This document shows, piece after piece, positions 54,763-64,000 of a stretch of DNA of 64,000 bases (position 1 is its first letter; each line of letters opens with the position of its first letter). Source of the stretch: Macrostomum lignano (taxonomy: Eukaryota); contig NIVC01003648.1 in the NCBI GenBank assembly GCA_002269645.1, positions 21,746 through 85,745 of the forward strand. The letters run 5' to 3'. A model generated the notes under the pieces. The model was given only the letters and a program-made list of their open reading frames with translations. It was not told the origin of the DNA and ran no database searches. A program made the position numbers and the translations under genes.

Positions 54763-57700
54763 ATGTCCGAAGTCAATCAAGCTGGCAGCGCAGACGCACC
54801 GACCACAGGAGACGGAGCCGAAGTCTCTGGCGAGGCCTCCCAGCAGCAGCCGCAGCAGCAGAGCAGCGACAAATGGCTTGTGGCATTGAAGGATCCCACG
54901 CCTGGTCTGAACACCCTCAGCCAGTGCATGGTGCTCACTGACGTCACCGGAGATGGCGAGAATCGCCTAGTTGTAGCCGACCTCGGCGACACTCGCACCA
55001 ACATGCGACTGCGGGTTTACAAAGGCACCGCGCTGGCTATGGAGAACACCATTATTGACCTGCCTGTTGGCGTGGCCGCCTTCTATCTGGATACTAATAC
55101 TCCCAGATCCCGGCTGTTGCAGTGGCTTCCGGGCCTAGCGTTTTCATCTATAAGAACATGCGGCCGTACTTCCGGTGAGGCTTAGTTTAGGGGACAGGCT
55201 GAGGTTTAGTTTAGGGAAGAGGCTGAGGTTTAGTTTAGGGCAGAGGCTGAGGCTTAGTTTAGGGGGACAGGCTGAGGTTTAGTTTAGGGCAGAGGCTGAG
55301 GCTTAGTTTAGGGGGACAGGCTGAGGTTTAGTTTAGGGCAGAGGCTGAGGCTTAGTTTAGGGGGACAGGCTGAGGTTTAGTTTAGGGCAGAGGCTGAGGC
55401 TTAGTTTAGGGGACAGGCTGAGGTTTAGTTTAGGGCAGAGGCTGAGGCTTAGTTTACGGGGACAGGCTGAGGTTTAGTTTAGGGCAGAGGCTGAGGCTTA
55501 GTTTAGGGGGACAGGCTGAGGTTTAGTTTAGGGCAGAGGCTGAGGCTTAGTTTAGGGGGACAGGCTGAGGTTTAGTTTAGGGCAGAGGCTGAGGCTTAGT
55601 TTACGGGGACAGGCTGAGGTTTAGTTTAGGGCAGAGGCTGAGGCTTAGTTTAGGGGGACAGGCTGAGGTTTAGTTTAGGGCAGAGGCTGAGGCTTAGTTT
55701 AGGGGGACAGGCTGAGGTTTAGTTTAGGGCAGAGGCTGAGGCTTAGTTTAGGGGGACAGGCTGAGGTTTAGTTTAGGGCAGAGGCTGAGGCTTAGTTTAG
55801 GGGAGTGGCTGAGGCTTAGTTTAGGGGGACAGGCTGAGGTTTAGTTTAGGGCAGAGGCTGAGGCTTAGTTTAGGGGAGTGGCTGAGGCTTAGTTTAGGGG
55901 ACAGGCTGAAGTTTAGTTTAGGGCAGAGGCTGAGGCTTAGTTTAGGGGGACAGGCTGAGGTTTAGTTTAGGGGCAGGCTGAGGTTTAGTTTAAGGGGGAG
56001 GCTGAGGCTTAGTTTAGGGGGCAGGCTTAAGCTTAGTTTAGGCCCAGTGGGGAAGGCTGCGGCTTAGTTAAGGCCCAGTGGGGAAGGCTGAGGCTTACTC
56101 TAAATGAACAAGCTCAGTCGAAAATTAAAAAGCCTGTAACTTTGAGTGGTTTTGGTTGATGAATTTCTACATCAACATCCCGGCAGGTTCACCCTACCGC
56201 CACTGGATCTGCACCCCCTGGAGGAGGAGATCTGGGCGGCGGCCCGGGAAGGTCGCGCCTCCGCCGTCCAGGTGCGCGGCATCATCGAAGATCTTCGAAA
56301 CCAGGGCGCCAGCATCACGGGTAGGTCGCAGCGGCTGCTAGCACTGCACCCCGACCAGCTGCAGGAATTCGTTGAGGCCTACAAAACCGCCCCTCTCCGC
56401 CGGCTGAGCGTGGTGACCGCCTTGGACACGTTAAAGAAGTCGCACAGCGAGGAGGACGCGATCAGCTGCTTGGTGATGGGCACTGAGGCCTGCCAGGTGC
56501 AGGTGCTGGATCCGCAGGCCTTCACTGTGCTGGCTAAAATGCAGCTGCCCTCGCCTCCCGTGTTTCTGTGCTCATCTGGCCTGTTTGATGTGGACTATCG
56601 GATTGTGGCCGCCTGCCGGGACGGCGTCATCTATCAGCTGCGGCGGGGCGCCAAGGAGGCCACACAGGGTATGCTGGCCTGGGAAATCTGGCTTGGGGAA
56701 TCTGTTGGTAGCCATGGGAATCTTTGTTGGCAACCAGAGGAATCTTTGTTGGCAGTCCGGGGAATCTTTGTTGGTAGCCAGAGGAATCTTTGTTGGCAGC
56801 CAGAGGAATCTTTGTTGGCAGTCTGGGGAATCTTTGTTGGCAGCCAGGGCAATCTTTGTTGGCAGCCAGAGGATCTTTGTTGGCAGCCCGGGAATCCTTA
56901 TTGACAGCCTTGGGAATCTTTGTTGGGCAAGTTACGAGCGTAATTGCATAGTAACGAACACCCCCTCTCTGATACCCGTGCCCCAGGCATCAGACTGCGC
57001 GCCTCAGCCGTAGGCATGATCAGGGTTGACAAGCACATAGTCGTGGCCACCATGGACAGGCAGCTATCGGGCTACTCAACCAAGGGCAAAGAGCTCTGGC
57101 GCGCCGCCCTGCCCGCCGGTGTCACCGCCCTGGCGCCGCTCAGCCTGCCATCCAAAGGCTTCAACGCTGCTTTAGTAGCCATGGATAACAATACCGTGTG
57201 TGTGTACAAGGACAAACTCGAGGTAGACAGATTAGTCACCGAGGACGTTGTCACGGGGATTCGATTCGGTCGCTACGGACGCGAAGAGGCCACCCTAGTT
57301 ACCGTGGGCAGATCCGGCGGCTTGGCAATCTACATTCTGAAGCGCAGCGCCAAATTCGTTGATGGCGCCGGCGGAGTGGGCGGCCCGCCAGCCAAGCAGT
57401 TCAGCCGGCTGCCGCTGCCCAAGAAGACTCGCCTATTCGTTGATCAGACGCTGCGCGAACGCGACTGCGCCGTGTCGATGCATCGACAATTTCTGCACGA
57501 CCTCTACAGGCTGCGGCTGATGACGGCAGAGAACTACGTGCAGGCGTTGGAGACCAAGGCCACGCCAATCAGCGCCAGCAAGGAGGACCCGGTTAAGCTG
57601 GCTTGCACTGTGCAAGGCGTCGGCCCCGTGTTCAGGCTGACTGTTGGCCTGCAGAATGCCAGCCTCACCACCGCTATTGCCGGGCTGGGCATCTCGTTTG

Positions 57701-58248
57701 CCTACGATGGACTGCTGTATAGGCTGGAGAAGGTCTACATTCCTGTGAGCTCTCTGCCTGAGTGTGTCCTTCCTGTGTAGCACCCGAGTATCTCCTTAGC
57801 TGTCCCTAAGTATGTCATAAGTAGCCATTGACTATCTCCTGTGTAGTACTTGAGTATCTCCTAATAGTCTGAGTATTCTATAAAGAGTCCTCGAGTTTAT
57901 CCCGAATAGTCCTTAAGTATCTCACAAGTAGCCCTAGAGTCTCATTAGTTGTTGAGTATCTTAAATAATCTTGAGTGCATTATTGTCTTTAAAATTCTCA
58001 TTAGAACTCTCACTAGTCTACAAGAAACTGAATTCCCAATCAAGTGTCTCACCGAACGCTGCCGAAAACTGTTTCAGGTACCCTACCTGGTGCCCGGATT
58101 AACCTACAACTTCTCAACCATAGTGGAATGCCTGACAGACAAAGGCATAGCTGACGCAATCAAGGTGTACATATTGAAGCGGGACAACGATTCGCCGCTA
58201 GTCACTGGCGTTGTCAATATGCCGGTCAGCGAGTCATTTGTTGTGTGA
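54763..58248 (+). CDS. BBS1: Bardet-Biedl syndrome 1 protein (BBSome), about 607 aa after restoring one missing base near 55108; exons 54763-55174, 56187-56668, 56987-57744, 58078-58248
   Basis: Motifs KWLxAxxDP, DGExRLVVADLG, PAVAVASGPSVFIYKNMRPYFR/FTLP, SCLVMGTE, FGRYGREE, PKKTRLFVDQTLRERD and VPYLVPG...NMPVSE are collinear with human BBS1. Exon phases work only if 1 nt is added in exon 1. Confidence 0.95.
55175..56098. repeat. About 23-26-bp dimeric minisatellite (GGCTGAGG(C/T)TTAGTTTAGGGG...) filling BBS1 intron 1
   Basis: Direct repeat beginning at the splice donor itself. Confidence 0.94.
56700..56928. repeat. 22-bp minisatellite (GAATCTTTGTTGGCAGCCAGAG) in BBS1 intron 2
   Basis: Direct repeat. 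Confidence 0.88.
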
Positions 58249-58366
58249 CCGACCGGCGGCGGAGTTTAAACTGTACTCGAGTTTTTTTACATTGGCTGAA
58301 CCCTTCCTTCCTGATAGGCCGTCCGAACATATGGTCTACGTGTACACCCTTTTATCCAAACTGTCT

Positions 58367-60318
58367 AAGCCTCCCGAAGAGCCTGTCTAAGCCTCCTTGA
58401 AGAGCCTGTCTAAGCCTCATTGAAGAGCCTGTCTAAGCCTCCTTGAAGAGCCTGTCTAAGCCTCATTGAAGAGCCTGTCTAAGCCTCCTTGAAGAGCCTG
58501 TCTAAGCCTCATTGAAGAGCCTGTCTAAGCCTCATTGAAGAGCCTGTCTAAGCCTCATTGAAGAGCCTGTCTAAGCCTCCTTGAAGAGCCTGTCTAAGCC
58601 TCCTTGAAGAGCCTGTCTAAGCCTCATTGAAGAGCCTGTCTAAGCCTCCTTGAAGAGCCTGTCTAAGCCTCCTTGAAGAGCCTGTCTAAGCCTCCTTGAA
58701 GAGCCTGTCTAAGCCTCCTTGAAGAGCCTGTCCAAGCCTCATTGAAGAGCCTGTCTAAGCCTCATTGAAGAGCCTGTCTAAGCCTCATTGAAGAGCCTGT
58801 CTAAGCCTCATTGAAGAGCCTGTCTAAGCCTCATTGAAGAACCTGTCTAGGCCTCCCTGAAGAGCCTGTCTAAGCCTCAATAAAGAGCCCGTCTTAGTCT
58901 AAGCCTCATTGAAGAGCCTGTCTAAGCCTCATTGAAGAGCCTGTCTAAGCCTCATTGAAGAGCCTGTCTAAGCCTCATTGAAGAGCCTGTCTAAGCCTCA
59001 TTGAAGAGCCTGTCTAAGCCTCCTTGAAGAGCCTGTTTAAGCCTCCATTGAAGAGCCTGTCTAAGCCTCATTGAAGAGCCTGTCTAAGCCTCATTGAAGA
59101 GCCTGTCTAAGCCTCATTGAAGAGCCTGTCTAAGCCTCATTGAAGAGCCTGTCTAAGCCTCATTGAAGAGCCTGTCTAAGCCTCATTGAAGAGCCTGTCT
59201 AAGCCTCCTTGAAGAACCTGTCTAGGCCTCCCTGAAGAGCCTGTCTAAGCCTCATTGAAGAACCTGTCTAAGCCTCATGAAGAGCCTGTCTAAGCCTCAT
59301 TGAAGAGCCTGTCTAAGCCTCTGAAGAGCCTGTCTAAGCCTCCTTGAAGAGCCTGTCTAAGGCCTCCTGAAGAGCCTGTCTAAGCCTCATTGAAGAGCCT
59401 GTCTAAGCCTCCTGAAGAGCCTGTCTAAGCCTCCTTGAAGAGCCTGTCTAAGCCTCCTTGAAGAGCCTGTCTAAGCCTCCTTGAAGAGCCTGTCCAAGCC
59501 TCATTGAAGAGCCTGTCTAAGCCTCATTGAAGAGCCTGTCTAAGCCTCATTGAAGAGCCTGTCTAAGCCTCATTGAAGAGCCTGTCTAAGCCTCATTGAA
59601 GAACCTGTCTAGGCCTCCCTGAAGAGCCTGTCTAAGCCTCAATAAAGAGCCCGTCTTAGTCTAAGCCTCATTGAAGAGCCTGTCTAAGCCTCATTGAAGA
59701 GCCTGTCTAAGCCTCATTGAAGAGCCTGTCTAAGCCTCATTGAAGAGCCTGTCTAAGCCTCATTGAAGAGCCTGTCTAAGCCTCCTTGAAGAGCCTGTTT
59801 AAGCCTCTTGAAGAGCCTGTCTAAGCCTCATTGAAGAGCCTGTCTAAGCCTCATTGAAGAGCCTGTCTAAGCCTCATTGAAGAGCCTGTCTAAGCCTCAT
59901 TGAAGAGCCTGTCTAAGCCTCATTGAAGAGCCTGTCTAAGCCTCATTGAAGAGCCTGTCTAAGCCTCCTTGAAGAACCTGTCTAGGCCTCCCTGAAGAGC
60001 CTGTCTAAGCCTCATTGAAGAACCTGTCTAGGCCTCCCTGAAGAGCCTGTCTAAGCCTCATTGAAGAACCTGTCTAGGCCTCCCTGAAGAGCCTGTCTAA
60101 GCCTCATTGAAGAACCTGTCTAGGCCTCCCTGAAGAGCCTGTCTAAGCCTCATTGAAGAACCTGTCTAGGCCTCCCTGAAGAGCCTGTCTAAGCCTCATT
60201 GAAGAACCTGTCTAGGCCTCCCTGAAGAGCCTGTCTAAGCCTCATTGAAGAACCTGTCTAGGCCTCCCTGAAGAGCCTGTCTAAGCCTCAATAAAGAGCC
60301 CGTCTTAGTCTAAGCCTC
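58367..60318. repeat. 23-bp satellite (GAAGAGCCTGTCTAAGCCTCATT) with a 762-bp higher-order duplication
   Basis: Rare variants recur exactly 762 bp apart (TCCAAGCC at 58731/59493; AATAAAGAGCCCG at 58879/59641). Confidence 0.95.
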
Positions 60319-61349
60319 CCTAAACGCCCAATTTACCGGGAACTCTTACAATGGAAAAAAAAAATTTGCTCTGTAGTAACAACGGATACTTTTATAAGAA
60401 ATCCCAAGGCGAAACAGGTTGATCAAATTTACTTTGTCTGCACATTTTCTCAATGTTTTTACGATGTTATGCACAGATTGTGAACATTTTCAACATTGAA
60501 CAAGCATTCCTCTGTTCCTGTACTCAAAATACTTTGCTCTATTATTCTATTCGAAATTTTTATCACCATGAGCTGTGATTTGTGTCCAAAAAATTTCTCA
60601 GATTCTTTTAAAAGATAAAAATGCACTTTTTGCGTCTGTATCCGTCCCTTTTGCAACTACATAAACTATATCGTAGTAACTATAAGATAGAAATGACAAA
60701 AACTGTTGGAACCAAGAAAGGTGTTAAACTATAGGAACAGAAGAGAAAAGCCTTGATGAAATTTGTTTATTTATCTTGTGTACCACTAGAGGGTTGCTAA
60801 TTGTGTAATAAAACACAAAAAGGTTAATCAAGTTATCTATGTTTTGTAATGGCTATGCAAACATTTCAACCGAGAAGAGTTTGATGTTGTTAGAACTAAA
60901 TTTCAAACAAAAAACATATATATTAGGGGGAAAATAATGCGCATCTATATATAGCCAGTTTATCCGCTGATAAAGTCATCAGTCATCAGTTGCTACTTGT
61001 GGAAACACGCCTTTACAATGAGAATTTTATATCCAACAGAATATACTCAGAACGCTCAATATTGCCTTTTTGCATACTAATTATGTTTTTAACTAGTAGC
61101 TATCCTCATCTTGAAGAAAACATTAATTAGGCATAGCCGTCAGGAACTACTGAGAGATTTCACAGAGCAAGTAGGCTGTGTGAATTTTAATTCTTTTGTA
61201 GTATAAACCATTATTGAGCATTAAGTGTATATTCTGTCTTGTAGCTCGTATTTCAAACTGGATAAACAAGGAAAAATGTTATTGTTCAAGACGCCTGGAA
61301 AGTATTCGAATTCTACTTACCATTTTTTACTTTTTAAAAACTAATTTGT

Positions 61350-63539
61350 TTATATCAAATGGGCAAATTTGTCCCTACACCAGATACACTGAATCGGCCC
61401 CCAAAACCTAGGCCCGAACCATGCAGCTCTCGCCTGAAAGCTCATCTGGATTGAGCAGTGCGGAAACGAATGCCGCATCTGGTGCACCTTGTCCTTGTTG
61501 ATGCCCGCGCAGAAACTGACGTCGAACAGCTCCAGCTTCGGGCAGGACTGCAGCACCTCGATCAGGATGTTGAATGTCACCTGGTTGGTGCCGAGAATGT
61601 CCAGCTGCTGCAGCTGCTTGCAGTGCAGGGCTATGGCCTTCAGGTCCGTGTCGCATACCGTTCTGCGGAGAGTAGGGCGGATGGCTGAGATCTGGGGAGA
61701 GAATAAGGGCGGGTAGGGTGAGATCTGGGGAGAAAAGGGGCGGGTAGGGTGAGATTTAGGGAGAGAATAAGGGCGGGTAGGGTGAGATTTGGGGAGAGAA
61801 TAAGGGCGGTAGGGTGAGATCTGGGAGAGAAAAGGGGCGGTAGGGTGAGATTTGGGGAGAGAATAAGGGCGGGTAGGGTGAGATCTGGGGAGAGAAAAGG
61901 GGCGGGTAGGGTGAGATTTGGGGAGAGAATAAGGGCGGGTAGGGTGAGATTTGGGGAGAGAATAAGGGCGGGTAGGGTGAGATCTGGGGAGAGAATAAGG
62001 GCGGGTAGGGTGAGATCTGGGGAGAGAAGGGTAGATAAAAAAGGAGAAAACTAACAGAGACGCAGTTCAGCAAGACTGACCTATTAGCGGTGAGAAAAAG
62101 CTTGCGCAGATTGCAGCACTGGCTGGCGAGGCGCAGGAAGCAGCCGGAGCTGGACTCCACCGGGAGCACCAGCCCAGGTCGAGCTCCTCCAGCATAGCGC
62201 AGCCCTCGGCCAGCTGCAGGAGTCCGCGGCTGCTTAAACTGCCGCTGCGCCAGAAGTCCACGGATCGCAGATTCGGACAATGGCGGGCCAGCGCCTCGGC
62301 CACCGGATTGAAGTCGCTACGCGAGCGCAGGAGCTCAGGCGGAGACGCAGTAGGCCAGGATTAGCAGCGATAATATCGAGCAGGGCGGCCTGGCCAACAC
62401 CGGAGCGGCTCAGGTCGAGTCGTTCAAGGCGAGTGAGGCCGACAGACAGAGAGGCGAAGCCGGACTCGGTGGCCGGCGAGGCGCAGCCCGAGAGATCCAA
62501 ATCTGGGTGGGGGATAAACGGAGTGATTGCAGAAACTAATAAGATGGCGAGGCATCGCACTATTTAAATACATAAATAGTTACTCGCGCCGTAACCCACT
62601 TTAAATATTGATTTTCTAGGGTTATAGCAGCGAATATTTCGGTTTAAAACCCAACCAACTTGGCCACAAGCCTACTTACTTCCTTCTTATCTACTTAAAG
62701 CAGAAACGCATCAAAAGCAAAACAGCTTCACAAAAAGCTTACCAGTCAGAGAGCGACAGTGCGACCCGATAGCGGCTAGGCAGGCGTCGTCAAGAAATTT
62801 ACAATTGGCCAAACGCAAATCGGTGAGCAAACAGGTGCCTAGCAACAGGCGGCAGAAGGAGCCGGGGCTGATGGCGCCGTCAGTGCCGCACCAGGACATG
62901 TCAAGTCCAGTCAGCAGCCGGTGCGATGCTCCAGCACAGACAGGCTGGCGTCGCACACACCGGATGGAGTGCGGGCGAAGCCGGAGCTCCGTGTACAGCA
63001 GGGGTCGCGGCAGTGGCGCTGGAGCAGCCGGCAGGTGTTGCCAAGGCGCAGCAGGGAGAGCAGGTCCAGGCGGCCCAGGATTCGAAGCAGCAGCTCGGCG
63101 GCAGGCGCCGAACCAGCCTGCGGATTCGTGCTCGGCGGCCGCTTCTGTGGCAGCGGCGGTATCCACACATCTGTCATTGTTGTTAATTGCTGCTTCCGAA
63201 AGCAGATAATGATAATAGAGCAGAATTCGTCGGATTAATATTCGATGTTGATTAATACTCTTCTGTTCGAGTTGCTGTTCCGCGAACTTTGGCTTGCTGC
63301 CAAATATTGGCGGTCTGTCGAAAATTCGACAGCTGCTAGGTTAACAGCAGTATGCATGTTGCTGCTTCTAGTTGCTTTTGCTGCTGCGGCTGCTTTTGAG
63401 GCTGCTGCTGCGGCAATAGCTGCTGTTGCTGGCGCTTGCTGTTATTGAGATGATGCACTGCGCCTCTTGCCAGCTTCTGCCTCGCTTGGGACCAGTGCTG
63501 GGTGCTGCACAGCTGGTCTTGGCTACTGAGTTGGCGGGC
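61350..63539 (-). CDS. FBXL4: F-box/LRR protein 4, 5'-partial, with multiple frameshifts (error-ridden or pseudogene); exons about 63539-62743 (5' boundary uncertain), 62502-62081, 61662-61350
   Basis: F-box (ELLLRILGRLDLLSLLRLGNTCRLLQRHCRDP) and LRRs (LDMSW, LRSVDFWRS, LEELDLGWC, SSGCFLRLA...NLRKLFLTANR/TVCDTDL, LQQLDILGT, FDVSFCAGI) are collinear with human FBXL4, but homology switches frame at least 6 times. Confidence 0.88.
61680..62030. repeat. About 33-bp G-rich minisatellite (GGGCGGGTAGGGTGAGATTTGGGGAGAGAATAA) filling an FBXL4 intron
   Basis: Direct repeat occupying most of intron 61663-62080. Confidence 0.92.
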
Positions 63540-64000
63540 TGCAGTGCAATAAAAAAAACAGTAAAATAATTTAATATATGAGCCTTACATGTGTATATTA
63601 ATATATGGTATACATTTATGCTTTGATTGAAATTTAAATATAATAAAGCCTTTATATTGCAAATCAACTTCTAATAATAATAAAACTTCTAGTTGTTTAG
63701 CAGCTCAGCTATTATATAGAAGAAATAAAAACTAAATTTATGGATTTTTTTATAATAGATAATTTTTAAATTATGTACTTTGTGCTTTAAAAAACTGGCA
63801 ATTCCTTTAATACCACCAAATAAATCAAATATATATTTTAACTAAAAAGAATTTTAAGTAAATTTATTGTTATTAAGTAAATTTTTGTTAATACGACAAA
63901 AAATGGTTTATTGGTTAGAAAATCAATTTCATTTATTATAGCCTATAGTGGTCTTATAATATAAGACTAAAAAAAGTAAAATAGAGAAAAAATCAGCATA

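Noticed and set aside
56146-57780. Separate genes for the 252-aa and 278-aa ORFs
   Set aside because: They are BBS1 exons 2 and 3 read through into adjacent intron sequence.

Overview
This is animal (metazoan) nuclear DNA with GC-rich exons and introns largely filled by tandem repeats. That style suggests a free-living flatworm such as Macrostomum, but the taxon is an inference. Five spliced protein-coding genes were reconstructed by hand with phase-consistent splice sites: the 3' part of a stomatin/MEC-2-like gene (+, 106-15846); a complete Na+/Ca2+ exchanger of the SLC8/NCX family (-, 32444-18871) with a GC-AG intron and a candidate His-rich cassette exon; V-ATPase proteolipid c'' ATP6V0B (+, 49292-51666); BBS1 (+, 54763-58248) with one 1-nt frameshift; and the 3' part of FBXL4 (-, about 63539-61350) with at least six frameshifts, probably long-read errors. 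Non-coding DNA holds more than 20 micro/minisatellite arrays and several small mobile elements: two copies of a tRNA-derived SINE (one intact with a 13-bp TSD in a telomere-like tract, one split by an RTE LINE 3' end), two copies of a CAAGGAC-ended TIR element with 8-bp TSDs, a hAT-like MITE and long foldbacks. The most unusual item is a 279-bp TIR/TSD-bounded element (45831-46109) carrying an about 70-nt copy of 28S rRNA helices 69-71, with the R2/I-PpoI/Pokey target core specifically altered. No CRISPR array, true tRNA gene or rRNA gene is supported. Alignments and identities were done by eye; no database searches were run.
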